DNA of 64,000 nucleotides from the IMG/VR virus record IMGVR_UViG_3300010413_000013, positions 1 to 64,000 of that record; one strand, given 5' to 3'. The notes beneath the pieces were generated by a model. That model had not been told where the DNA came from. It saw only the letters and a program-made list of their open reading frames with translations, and searched no databases. Numbering within the stretch: the stretch's first letter is position 1; each line of letters opens with the position of its first letter. The stretch comes from a virus. The position numbers and the translations under genes were made by a program. Below, one piece after another: positions 1 through 9,926 of this stretch.

Positions 1-541
1 GATCTGAAAGTTTTACATAAATAGAAGTATTTCCAGATGCCCCATAGCCATTACTATAACAATTTAATATCTCGAAGTAATTAGCCCCATCTTCTACTCT
101 AACATTATGATATACACCATTAAGCAAATAAAAACCATCAACAGTAATATAATCTTTTCCATCTATATGAATAAGTCCTTCCCAAAGACCTTCTGTAATA
201 TAAGCACTGTCCAACCTTGGCATATATGAATCACCGGAGTATGCTTGAAAAGTGATTCTATTAACATCAGATGTACCACTATTCGCTGGTTTTAATTCAG
301 TAGAATAGTGATAAGAAGGACTATGTTCCTGCTCCATTCTAAAATTCACAACATCACCAGCAGAAGCATTTGCATTTGCTGCGGATACAGAACAACAAGA
401 AGTACCGGAAAGAGGAGAAGCACTTTGACAATTACTCCAACTTGCAGTACCAGTAGGAGAAATCCAATAGGTCCCTGCAAATGCAGTACCAGTAAGCAGT
501 AGGAGAGAAGAGATTAAGCCTAATATTAATTTTTTTACCAT
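1..541 (-). CDS. Secreted right-handed parallel beta-helix (pectate lyase family 9-like) protein, truncated at window edge
   Basis: Not in the ORF track; translated by hand from the ATG at 541: MVKKLILGLISSLLLLTGTAFA/GTYWISPTG...ANANASAGDVVNF...KPANSGTSDVNRITFQAY...IHIDGKDYITVDGFYL. The frame stays open to position 1. It has a Sec signal peptide (AFA site) and the YxSPxG...AGDxV...SG...ITxxAY start typical of Pel9-like beta-helices. Confidence 0.7.
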   Translation of the reverse strand, partial: MVKKLILGLISSLLLLTGTAFAGTYWISPTGTASWSNCQSASPLSGTSCCSVSAANANASAGDVVNFRMEQEHSPSYHYSTELKPANSGTSDVNRITFQAYSGDSYMPRLDSAYITEGLWEGLIHIDGKDYITVDGFYLLNGVYHNVRVEDGANYFEILNCYSNGYGASGNTSIYVKLSD

Positions 542-1230
542 GATGGAGGAGCCTCCGTCCCCTCATAAATTTTAAAGGAGTCATAATAAAGTACATCACT
601 TCCGGGGGAATACCATGTTCCAATATTCAAATTACTTGCATTTGTAGGAACAATAGTTGCAGATGTTGTACTATAATCCCAAGCATCAAAGGTAGAAGTA
701 GTAATACAAATTTGCACTGTCTCCGAGCCACCAGTAGTATAAATAAGATGCACGAAAACGTGATACCAAGTATCATCAACTATTTCTACTCCAGAACTCC
801 AAGTAGTAGTTCCATCTATAAGTTCATATATATCTGTGGGATCATTTATTTTACCGTCTATATAATTAGTACCACCACTATCTTTAATTCTGAAAACATC
901 AGTATCCCCAGTGAGAGTATCAGTGTAAATCCAATAATCAAACCATACTTCGGTGTAATCGGAGATATCCTTTACCATAAACCTAGCAGTAGCACTACAC
1001 TCCATAGAAACAGAACCAACTGCAACAATAGATCCTTCACTTACAGGAGATCCATAAAAAGAATCCCAATTACCAGCATTCGATGTTGGACTCCAAGGAG
1101 ATTCAAAACCATCTCCATCACTGAAAATAACAGAAGAATCTACTACTTCCCCCCTCCTTATCATAATAGTAGAAAAAGCCGTAGATACAGTAAGGAAAAG
1201 TATAAATAATGCGAAGAGTAATCTTTTCAT
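535..1230 (-). CDS. Secreted beta-sandwich (LamG/concanavalin A-like) protein
   Basis: Probable start MKRLLFALFILFLTVSTAFS at 1230 (TAATG overlap with the upstream stop). Motifs DGFES, VWFDYWIY, DDTWYHVFVHL and LYYDSFKI are lectin/glucanase-like. Confidence 0.6.
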   Translation of the reverse strand: MKRLLFALFILFLTVSTAFSTIMIRRGEVVDSSVIFSDGDGFESPWSPTSNAGNWDSFYGSPVSEGSIVAVGSVSMECSATARFMVKDISDYTEVWFDYWIYTDTLTGDTDVFRIKDSGGTNYIDGKINDPTDIYELIDGTTTWSSGVEIVDDTWYHVFVHLIYTTGGSETVQICITTSTFDAWDYSTTSATIVPTNASNLNIGTWYSPGSDVLYYDSFKIYEGTEAPPSW

Positions 1231-2462
1231 TATTGTACCTCTAATGTCCAGCAAATGCTTACCCATGTAGGAGTACCGGAACACGTTCCTATATTTAAAT
1301 CCAATTCCTCTCCAGCAGCTAAAGTATCATCCCCACCCATAGATGTATCAAGTACTTCACTTGAAGTAGCAGTAATTTCCGAACCATTAACCGGAGACCC
1401 ATTTATAGAAAAATCAAAAGGAACAGTTTGATCTGTTTCTGCCCAAATTGCAGTAATAGTTTGTGTAACACTCCCCATATTTCTCCAGACAGAAAGAAAA
1501 TCTTCATCTGATACTGGATCTTCTATATAGATGCATTGGGAGAGGTTCGCAGCAGCAGCAGTATCAACATCTCCACCAGTAATGGTTAAAACACCAGCAG
1601 CACTGATCGTCCCATCTCCACTCATTGCCTTGGATTCATACCTATCATCAGTAGTATTATCATAAATAAGAATCATTCCATCTGTAGCAGGGGTATCATT
1701 ATCTTCTATAGCTACAGAATCCATAACCTTTTGTGCAGGAAGTGCCGCAAGCCATTTTGCTCCATTATAGATAAATAAAATTATATCACCAACAGTAGCA
1801 GTATAGTCTATTCCATACTGACCATAAATATCACTACCATCAAAATTTATAGTAACGGCATGATCGCATTCTAATTCAAACCAATCACCATTGGAAAATT
1901 CTGATTGGTCATCCCCAACACCATCATCAAAATCTGTAATAGTTACTACTCCTCCTGTTGCCCAATAATGGTGTATTTCACTCCCACCATCAGAAACATC
2001 TGGAGTAGCATCAGCAGCACTAAATGTACTTTGTGATATATCAGAAGTAAATCTTTCTGTCTCTGTTCCACCTCCACCAGCTTCAACCTCAGACCAAGAA
2101 GGATTTGCTCCTGCTCCATTTGTTTCCAAGTAGTATCCATTAGTACCGGGAGCAAGTTCTGCCCAATCTGTACCATCAAAATATAAAACTGTACCTTGTG
2201 CTACAGAAGACATATCTGCAATATCTTGTAAGTATGGATCTTGCGCTTGTACATTTGTTCCTATTGCTAAACCTAAATTACTTCTTGCATTGGAAGCAGT
2301 AGTAGCATTTGTTCCTCCCAAATCCACATCTATAGCACCATTACTATCATCATCTAATTCTACTGCTGTAGTTCCAGCAGCAGTGTCCATTAGACTATGA
2401 GTAGCACAACCACTGAATACCATAAGAAGTAGAACTAGAAGTATAGATAAATATTTATACAT
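1230..2462 (-). CDS. Lipoprotein with tail-fibre-like motifs
   Basis: MYKYLSILLVLLLMVFSG-C lipobox. GGTNATTASNARSNLGL and GTVLYFDGTDWAELAPGTNGYYLETNGAGANPSW are motifs common in phage fibre proteins. Confidence 0.65.
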   Translation of the reverse strand: MYKYLSILLVLLLMVFSGCATHSLMDTAAGTTAVELDDDSNGAIDVDLGGTNATTASNARSNLGLAIGTNVQAQDPYLQDIADMSSVAQGTVLYFDGTDWAELAPGTNGYYLETNGAGANPSWSEVEAGGGGTETERFTSDISQSTFSAADATPDVSDGGSEIHHYWATGGVVTITDFDDGVGDDQSEFSNGDWFELECDHAVTINFDGSDIYGQYGIDYTATVGDIILFIYNGAKWLAALPAQKVMDSVAIEDNDTPATDGMILIYDNTTDDRYESKAMSGDGTISAAGVLTITGGDVDTAAAANLSQCIYIEDPVSDEDFLSVWRNMGSVTQTITAIWAETDQTVPFDFSINGSPVNGSEITATSSEVLDTSMGGDDTLAAGEELDLNIGTCSGTPTWVSICWTLEVQ

Positions 2463-2479
2463 AAATTATAAAGTCTCCT

Positions 2480-2950
2480 CTACATCATAGTAAAATAGAC
2501 AAAATCACCATCTTTCGCTTTTTTAGAATAGGAGGGAATAATTATCTTATCCGATTGTGGATCTATCAAAATTATTCCCTCCTTCGTTCTACATATATTT
2601 AAAGCATGTGAACCATTATTAAATAGTAGATGTTTAAAGTTCAATCCCATAGCAAAGCCCAATGCCCAAGTATATTTGTACTTATCAGGAACAGTAATAG
2701 ACATATTGTAATAAAGTTCTGCTTCTATTACTAATGCCTTTTTAATATTTGCCCACAGAAACAATGCATAGTTTTCACATTCATTAGTAGTATTTCTATA
2801 ATGCATATCAGCTACAGAATGCTGCTGTACCATATGTGCTACTTCTACTGTTAAAGGAATATAATACTCCTTCTGCCCAAACCACGTTGACTTCAATCTA
2901 GGCCATTTCTTCTTCAAATCTTTACTAAGGTTCGTATAGCTTAAAATCAC
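2480..2950 (-). CDS. Papain/transglutaminase-like cysteine enzyme (agglutinin C-terminal-like domain)
   Basis: ECENYA (Cys) ... HALN (His) ... LIDPQ (Asp) in the triad order of papain-like folds; no signal peptide. Confidence 0.5.
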   Translation of the reverse strand: MILSYTNLSKDLKKKWPRLKSTWFGQKEYYIPLTVEVAHMVQQHSVADMHYRNTTNECENYALFLWANIKKALVIEAELYYNMSITVPDKYKYTWALGFAMGLNFKHLLFNNGSHALNICRTKEGIILIDPQSDKIIIPSYSKKAKDGDFVYFTMM

Positions 2951-3016
2951 GATATAACCTCTGTAAATAATCGTCTAAATATTTTCTATACCATCCCTTT
3001 TCTTTCCCTGCTGGAT

Positions 3017-3436
3017 TTATTGGCTCAGTGTGAAATTCATAGGTGCAGTCGGAGGGTTTTCATTAAAGCATACTGCTACCTCCGTACTATAACCACTTTC
3101 TAGCCCACAATCATCAAAAGCAGTGAGGACAAAATAAGTTTTTTCGTTTTCTACTCCATTATAGGCAGTAAATACATATAGTGGATTTACTGGATCTGCT
3201 AACTTATCTAATGTAATATCCATATCAGAAGCATTATTGCCCACCTGTACATACGGACCCCCTGCCGTAGTAGAAGAGTAAAGCCGATAACCCATAAGAT
3301 TTGCTTCTGTATTAGCATCCCAAGCAAATGTCAACTCTCCTGCATCTGCTCTCTGAATACCAGCACCTACTGTTAGGGAAAGACTAAACACTACTGCCAG
3401 TACTAAAATTAATGCTATACCTATTTTTTTAATCAT
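3017..3436 (-). CDS. Secreted fibronectin type III domain protein
   Basis: Start MIKKIGIALILVLAVVFSLSL...ADA follows an AAGGAG RBS. LTFAWDANTEANLMGYRLY...TYFVLTAFD..GLESGYSTE is an FN3 pattern. Confidence 0.75.
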   Translation of the reverse strand: MIKKIGIALILVLAVVFSLSLTVGAGIQRADAGELTFAWDANTEANLMGYRLYSSTTAGGPYVQVGNNASDMDITLDKLADPVNPLYVFTAYNGVENEKTYFVLTAFDDCGLESGYSTEVAVCFNENPPTAPMNFTLSQ

Positions 3437-4970
3437 TGTCTTTTTCTCCTTTGTTATTATTACTATTATCATTGTTATTACCACCATCACTGATTTTCTT
3501 CTTCATTAGTTCCCTTTGTAATTCTTTATCTTCCTCTATCTCTTCGTTTTCCTCCTCTACCTTCTCATAATATTCCTTACTCATTTCCTCTGCTTCTTTC
3601 TTAGTATATCCAAAAAATCTCATTAAAAACTCTACCAATGGCATTACTAGTTCTATGCCCGGTGTCATAGCATACTGTGCTATTGCCTTAGTAGCTAATT
3701 CAGCATTCTTTACTATAGATTCTTCTCCGGGGGTTTCAAACTCGGGCCATTCTAATATATATTCTTCTTCTTTAGGTGAAGGAAGTATTTCTAATTCAAT
3801 GAGTCTATCGAAGAAGGGTCTTATAATTATTGGTTCTATGTGGTCTTCCCTTCTACTTTCCATTCGTTCATTCCAGTTATTTTTATCTTGACTACTTGCC
3901 AATTCCCCCCTTTCACTACCCATCAAAATTCTCTTTGGTATATTCTTAGCTGCTGCTATCAAGTCTATTTGTGCTTCTAGGAACTTAGTAGGATCTAGTG
4001 CCTGTACTTTCAAATCCTTTACCTCTAATCCTTGTAGCTTTATAAATCTTCTTAGTTCATGTTCATATTCATCTAGTTCATCTGCTAATGCTGCTTTAGC
4101 AGCATCATCAAAAGTATAGTCTTCTTGTGCTGATAGAACATATCCCGGTCTAGCTCCTTTCCAAAACATTTCAGCAGATCCAGCAGAAATAGTTTCTAGA
4201 TCTTGAAGTCTATTATAGACTACTTCTAAAGAAGGAATACCGTAAACATCTGATTCTAATGCTTCTGGTACTATATGAATTACTCTTGAATAATGAACAG
4301 GGATTCCTCTTTGGGAAGAAACACCATCCCCCATAGAGGTAGTAAGCTTGTAGATAACAGGAAGGGAATATCTTTCATTCTTGGGATCTGTTTCCCATTT
4401 TGTTATTTCGGTAGATCCTTCAGAGAAGACAGATAAGTAGACTAACTTTAAGTTGCTGTTTTTCTTAACAGGCTTTGATAAATCTCCTCCATCATTGAAT
4501 CCAAGTAGAACTATTGAGAATCTACCTAAACAGGATAATGTATCTGCTCGTTTAAGATAAGAGTAGACTTTTTGCTCTTTTACTATTGTTTCTACTTCAT
4601 CTTCAAATACAGATTCTTCATCTTCTTCTGAATCCTGTATTTTAGGCTTTTTACGCCAACTAGAATTTATTGGCCTGTCTACTATAGCTTTTGATAGATC
4701 ATGCCTATCATATCTAGCTTTGTAGTCTTTGAAATCTAAGTAGAGGGGATAACCGCAAATAGTATATAAATTACGATCACCAGAGAAAGATTTACCTAGG
4801 TAGGAGAAGAGTTTAGACCTAGAAGTAATAGCAGAACTTAGTCTATTTACTAAGTCCTTTATAACACCTTTGTTTTTATTGATTGCTTCTAAGTGCTGTT
4901 TTTCTGGTACTGCTCTATCACCATTCGATAGCATATATAGTTTATCGGGTTTTTGACTACTACTTGGCAT
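3429..4970 (-). CDS. Portal protein (DUF1073-like)
   Basis: 513 aa. AIVDRP, VHYSRVIH, YGIPSLE and IPKRILMGSERGELASSQD match the DUF1073 portal pattern; it lies downstream of terL. Confidence 0.85.
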   Translation of the reverse strand: MPSSSQKPDKLYMLSNGDRAVPEKQHLEAINKNKGVIKDLVNRLSSAITSRSKLFSYLGKSFSGDRNLYTICGYPLYLDFKDYKARYDRHDLSKAIVDRPINSSWRKKPKIQDSEEDEESVFEDEVETIVKEQKVYSYLKRADTLSCLGRFSIVLLGFNDGGDLSKPVKKNSNLKLVYLSVFSEGSTEITKWETDPKNERYSLPVIYKLTTSMGDGVSSQRGIPVHYSRVIHIVPEALESDVYGIPSLEVVYNRLQDLETISAGSAEMFWKGARPGYVLSAQEDYTFDDAAKAALADELDEYEHELRRFIKLQGLEVKDLKVQALDPTKFLEAQIDLIAAAKNIPKRILMGSERGELASSQDKNNWNERMESRREDHIEPIIIRPFFDRLIELEILPSPKEEEYILEWPEFETPGEESIVKNAELATKAIAQYAMTPGIELVMPLVEFLMRFFGYTKKEAEEMSKEYYEKVEEENEEIEEDKELQRELMKKKISDGGNNNDNSNNNKGEKDND

Positions 4971-4987
4971 TCATATCCCGCCTCCCA

Positions 4988-5048
4988 TTTATAAATTGGT
5001 TGAAAACAAATTCAACCAATTTATAAACTAATTTGGGAAAAATGTCAA
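4988..5048 (-). promoter_or_regulatory. Sigma70-type promoter for the portal operon, overlapped by a 17-bp perfect inverted repeat (operator candidate)
   Basis: Minus strand TTGACA (5043-5048), 17-nt spacer, TATAAA (5020-5025). Inverted repeat TTTATAAATTGGTTGAA-aacaaa-TTCAACCAATTTATAAA at 4988-5027. Confidence 0.7.
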
Positions 5049-5086
5049 GTACTTTTTCTTTTAATTATAAAACCTTGTTATTATTA

Positions 5087-5311
5087 TTAAAGCTGTTCAT
5101 GTAACTTCATGAACCAATCAAATGCTTTATCTTCCGGAACCTTGCAAGCACCACATGAAGTACCATCTATATCTATTACTATAGGATGATGGTAGTAGTA
5201 GTCAGTAAACTTGTCCCTTAACTGTAGTCTATATACATGCTTCTTAGCTGCTTCTTCTGTTTCAAATTCACTATTACCTACCTTGTAGACATTTTTTATT
5301 TCATATGCCAT
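5087..5311 (-). CDS. Hypothetical protein
   Basis: 74 aa, AGGAG RBS, co-oriented with neighbours. Confidence 0.6.
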   Translation of the reverse strand: MAYEIKNVYKVGNSEFETEEAAKKHVYRLQLRDKFTDYYYHHPIVIDIDGTSCGACKVPEDKAFDWFMKLHEQL

Positions 5312-5312
5312 T

Positions 5313-6014
5313 TTATACTCCTTTTCTATCTGTTACACACACTCCCACTCTACTAGTATCTAACACATCTACTAAAAAATCTTCTTCTTGCGCTCTATAC
5401 ACCTGTATCTGTTTTTCCAAACAACTCCAAGTAAACACACCACTTCCCAAGTAGAGAAGCATTTTAGTAGATCCTATTGATCTTTCATTAGTACTTCTAC
5501 AAAACCCCTTACACTCTAGGTTTCTATGCTTTAAAAAGCGTGTATTGTGAAAGGTAGTACCCCTATCTACTTTTACTTTCAATAATGCTGGATCTAATAA
5601 ATCTTCCTCTGTTACCAACTCTGCGGAGCATGTAATAGCAGCATCTAATTCAGTAGTAGCATTTAACAAATAGAAGATCGTTTCATCTATAGAATGTCTA
5701 CCAAACACATCGTTATCTATTACTGCTATTACATCCGATGGTCTTAGTCTTCTATGTACCATTACCTTTGCTGCTCTGTTAAAAGGAGACAACCATAAAT
5801 CTTCTATTGCAATAGCTTCTAAGTTTTCTGGATGCATTGTTAATTGTAATGAGCAGCAAATATCTACTACTTCTTTTGTTATTGCTGCTGTTAGTGGTTT
5901 AGGATAGGCTACTGTAATATCCTGCACTAGAGAAGATTGCTGCATCTCCTGTATAGTATCCTTTAAACCCAATAACTCATTTGATACTGATACTACTGCT
6001 AAAATCTTTTTCAT
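5313..6014 (-). CDS. Divergent KdsB/CMP-sugar cytidylyltransferase-like protein
   Basis: DVIAVIDND...IDETI...AITCSAELVTEEDLLDPALLKVKVD...GFCRS...LYLGSGVFTWSCL mirrors the KdsB C-terminal consensus. The N-terminal ARxxSxRxxxK motif is not recognisable. Confidence 0.45.
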   Translation of the reverse strand: MKKILAVVSVSNELLGLKDTIQEMQQSSLVQDITVAYPKPLTAAITKEVVDICCSLQLTMHPENLEAIAIEDLWLSPFNRAAKVMVHRRLRPSDVIAVIDNDVFGRHSIDETIFYLLNATTELDAAITCSAELVTEEDLLDPALLKVKVDRGTTFHNTRFLKHRNLECKGFCRSTNERSIGSTKMLLYLGSGVFTWSCLEKQIQVYRAQEEDFLVDVLDTSRVGVCVTDRKGV

Positions 6015-6016
6015 GA

Positions 6017-6664
6017 TTATACTCCTTTTTTTGATAGAAGCTTTTGCAAAATACCACCACGTTTTAATGTTTGTGCAACATTATGATTATTACAATCATA
6101 GTAATATACATTTACTTCTTCTATATCTACTAAGTGAGAAGCATGAATTACATCTATTTCATTTTTATCACAAGCATAGATATTATAAGTTGTCGTTCCA
6201 TTGGAGCGCACTAGTAGATTTTTCAAATCGTAGAACCAACTACTTCTTCGCTCTTTGGAATACAATTTTTCCTGCTCTACTTTAAACCTATTATCTCCTA
6301 CTCGTTCCATATTAGGTTTATCAACAAATGTCTGTGGAGAGAAAGCATGTACTACATCTACTCCAACAGTGTACCCAAACATAATAGCAGCATATCCACC
6401 GGCAGATACACCTACTGCACAAGTTGTTTTTGGTGCTAGTTCTTTTATTCTACTCCAAAGCACTACACTTCTATCATACACATCACCATGATACCAAATT
6501 CTTTCATCATCCCTAAGTAATATTCTACTATAATCTGTTGCAGCAGTAGACTTAAAGAAGTTAAATGGTTTACCTTTAGGACCAAACATACCAGTAAAAG
6601 CCATTATTAAATGAGAAGGATCTGCTCCCTTCTGTACAATCATTTCTTTCATCAATCCTCCCAA
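6017..6664 (-). CDS. Alpha/beta hydrolase (esterase)
   Basis: GVSAGGYAA nucleophile elbow, AFSPQT, candidate Asp (DVIHA) and His (NHNVA). Confidence 0.75.
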   Translation of the reverse strand: MGGLMKEMIVQKGADPSHLIMAFTGMFGPKGKPFNFFKSTAATDYSRILLRDDERIWYHGDVYDRSVVLWSRIKELAPKTTCAVGVSAGGYAAIMFGYTVGVDVVHAFSPQTFVDKPNMERVGDNRFKVEQEKLYSKERRSSWFYDLKNLLVRSNGTTTYNIYACDKNEIDVIHASHLVDIEEVNVYYYDCNNHNVAQTLKRGGILQKLLSKKGV

Positions 6665-6903
6665 TCTTCTAAACTTACTCCTCTATCATTACATAGAGAA
6701 CGAATTGATTGCCGAACTTCCCATAATGCTTCTTCTACTTCCTTTGGTAGTTCTGGATAAGAGTGTTTCATCTTGTTTCTTATTTCCATATCTAATTCAT
6801 ATAGAACACCAAGATATTTCTCTCCATTAGCTGTTATCTTCCACTCTCTCCAAACACCCAATGTCCATATATGTACAGCTTTTACTATTGCTTTTAATTT
6901 CAT
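6652..6903 (-). CDS. Hypothetical protein
   Basis: 83 aa, strong AAGGAGG RBS. Confidence 0.65.
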   Translation of the reverse strand: MKLKAIVKAVHIWTLGVWREWKITANGEKYLGVLYELDMEIRNKMKHSYPELPKEVEEALWEVRQSIRSLCNDRGVSLEDWED

Positions 6904-6917
6904 AGTATTCCTCCTTT

Positions 6918-6978
6918 AAAAAGAAAAAGAGGAGGATAATAGAACGGTATATCATTCCAAGGCTACTATCCTCCTCTT
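6918..6978 (-). terminator. Intrinsic terminator-like hairpin
   Basis: AAGAGGAGGATA/TATCCTCCTCTT stem followed by a T-rich run on the minus strand. Confidence 0.55.
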
Positions 6979-7055
6979 CCGAGACAGGTGGCAGTAAATA
7001 ACCCACTCATGACCCCCGACACGAATGGACATAACCTATCTCTACTCCGGTGCTA

Positions 7056-8862
7056 CTATTGAGTAGTAAACCACTCTAGGAGAGTTTTCTTTACTTCTGC
7101 TTTATTCCTACACTCTACTTCTTTTTCACAAAAGAAACACATTCTGAAAGTAGGTACATTACAACAAGGATACTGGTGTGCTATCTCTGCATACCTAGCT
7201 TCATTCGTTTGCCACATTTCTACTGCTTCATCTTTTCGATAAAACATCCTTAATCCTTTCTTTTACTACTTCATCCAAAATGTTATCACCAAACACCAAC
7301 ATAGGATCTAGTAATTCTCTTCTTTGCCTTACAAGATATCTAGGTAATTCATATATAACCCAAGGATGTAGACCACAAAATTGATGTACCTGTTGAAACA
7401 TCTTCTGTCTTATAGATCTCTCATAGGATCTATCATATACTTCTTTCTCTACCGTTTTGTTTCCCATTAGCTATAATCCTCCAACATACTATCTTTACAC
7501 TTATCACAAATTAATAATACTATTGATTGAGTACTACCTACTATGTATGCTGAATCTGCTGGATCTGCTGCTACAGTAATTCTATTGATGTTTTTAGGTA
7601 AATGCTTCTTCTTACATATATCACATTTCTTCTTTTCCATCTCTACCCCTAGTTCAAAAACTGTGAAGTTAATTCTACTCCACAAACACCATGAAACACT
7701 ACTGTAGATTGCCCTAGGTTAAACTGCATTACTACATCTTCCCCATAAACATTCATAGCAGTAAGCTGCTGTCCTTTTATTATTTCCCTAATAGCAAAAA
7801 AACCTTCTAGATCGGGATCTTCTTTAGTCTTCTTCGTTTGTTTTCCCATTTTTCTTTAAGACTCCTCCTACTATATTATTCAGTTCTTCTGCCGTTTGCA
7901 TTTGTTGTTTAAGAACAACTAACTTTGCTTTCATAATAGTAGCAAACTCAGATCTCTTTCCACATTCTTCTAACACCGCAGGAAATGTCCTTGCTGCTTT
8001 CAACATGAATTTATCCTGCTCTTCTCTGTCTTCTATCCGTGTTGCTTTTCTAGCTATTTCCAAATGATGATCTAGAATAGGAGACAACGCCCAAGCATTC
8101 ATTGCATCTAATAAAGTAGCAATATCTTTTGCTGTTAGTTGTAGAAAGTCTTCCATGTCTACTCTCCTTTAATTAGGGGTTTTTTATTTCTTCTTTCTAA
8201 TTTTATTATAACACATTTTTATCCGATCTAGCATAGATTTTTTTGGCATTAGCTTTTTTGTGTCTAATATCGGGCGTATATTGATTAACATTTTTTTAAT
8301 CTCTCCCCACCAAGGACCACCTAGCCACTGTTGGTCCCTCTGGTCTACTTCCTTGCAAGCTACTGCTAGTAGTCTACTACAACATCCAGATATTATAAAA
8401 CCATGTCTATTAACAATCTTTTCTGCTTCTATTCTAGTAGTTGCTACTACTATTACTGTTTTATGCTTACTACCATGCAGATCTATTTGCCTTGCTGTTA
8501 TCCTAAATAATTTTCTCTTCTTTGGCTTTTCCATTATCTCTGTCCTTATTCATTTCTATTACTTTATCTCTAAAAGCTTTTTCTATCTTCCTTTTACTAT
8601 CTTTTAATTTCTTCTCCTTCAATGGTCCCTTTCCCTCTACATCCTCTTCCACTAATTCATACCACTTCCCCGGTTCCTGTAAAGCTTCTAATGGAGACAT
8701 TTCTACTACTTTATGTATTATAAATTTTCTATCAGATTTAGTATAGAGTCTCACCAAATCAGCAGCCTCTTTTTCTTCCTCTGCTATTATCTTACAGCTT
8801 TTGACAAAAGGAAAACCGTCATCTACAAACTTCACTGTTACCTTAAATATTTTTTTCTTCAT
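7056..8862 (-). CDS. Run of about 7 small hypothetical genes (7056-7247, 7228-7467, 7467-7640, 7649-7849, 7824-8156, 8184-8534, 8503-8862)
   Basis: Tightly packed, overlapping, co-oriented ORFs. Two carry CxxC pairs (possible Zn ribbons). Confidence 0.55.
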
Positions 8863-8864
8863 AA

Positions 8865-9926
8865 TTACTTCCTTAGTAAAAAGTCTACTGTATTAAACTC
8901 TCCATGAACAGGATGTACCAACCAACCACATTGAATAGGTTTAGCTCTTCTTCCCTTCTGGTGATCGTATGCATCTGTACCACAAGCTGCCCCACCTATC
9001 CAGTAGTAGGGATGCTTCAATGGAGAATGCCAATGCCCCATTACTACTTTGTGAAATCTATTATAATCTGGCTCATTCAATCTTATTAATGCTTGTGAAG
9101 CAGTTAATCGTTCAATACCATAATAGGGGAATCCTGCCCATCCCATTACTCCATGTCCATGTGTAATCAAATATCTTCTTGTAGATACTTCTACACTCTT
9201 AGTATGTGAATAGTAAATATTAAAAAGCACATTATCAAGATCGGATACCATTGTCTTTGCTATATGCCCTACTGTATAATTATGAGTATTCAATCCTGCT
9301 TCTCTAGCTGGTGGTTTCTTTGTAAGTCTACCATGATTATCAGGAGTAATATAATTTACTATAATATTCTTAAAATAAGGAGACAGAGCAGCAATAGTTC
9401 TAGCTTTCAATATACCACATCTCAAAGCTTGCACTGGTGCAGGAAAGGCATTAGTTACTGATAGTTCTTTATGAATATCTCCACTGATATTATCTCCAGT
9501 ATCCAATATGTACAAATCCTGTATGGTATATCCAGTTCTTTGTACTTCTATCCATTTGATAAAGTCTACTAATAAATTATCTATGTACACCTCTAGTATC
9601 TCTGGAGAGTATTCATCAAAGCCTTCTATTTCATCTGCCGGTTGTACCTTACCTAAATGCCAATCTGTCAAATGGAGTACTGCTACACATTTACTTCTAC
9701 CTCTTTTGGCTCGTTCAGTAAATATTCTTCTAATAGGTGGGAACTTGTAATCATTCAATTGCAGTGATAATTCTCTAAAGTAGCCTTTTAAATCTCCATA
9801 ATCCTTCTCCAGTGTTTTAATCTCATTCTTTAATCCATCCACTCTTCGACGTAATGCAAGAATTTCTACTTCTTCCCTTGAACATTCTTTTACTTCATCT
9901 AGTGTTTTTATAATTCCATCCATCAT
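8865..9926 (-). CDS. Calcineurin-like metallophosphoesterase with N-terminal coiled coil
   Basis: LTDWH, TGDNISG, DNHGR, THGH and GHWH motifs. Confidence 0.85.
   Translation of the reverse strand: MMDGIIKTLDEVKECSREEVEILALRRRVDGLKNEIKTLEKDYGDLKGYFRELSLQLNDYKFPPIRRIFTERAKRGRSKCVAVLHLTDWHLGKVQPADEIEGFDEYSPEILEVYIDNLLVDFIKWIEVQRTGYTIQDLYILDTGDNISGDIHKELSVTNAFPAPVQALRCGILKARTIAALSPYFKNIIVNYITPDNHGRLTKKPPAREAGLNTHNYTVGHIAKTMVSDLDNVLFNIYYSHTKSVEVSTRRYLITHGHGVMGWAGFPYYGIERLTASQALIRLNEPDYNRFHKVVMGHWHSPLKHPYYWIGGAACGTDAYDHQKGRRAKPIQCGWLVHPVHGEFNTVDFLLRK

Noticed and set aside
3429-4970. Anti-CBASS Acb1 (a label sometimes attached to DUF1073 proteins)
   Set aside because: Size, motifs and position indicate a portal protein, not the small 2H phosphodiesterase.
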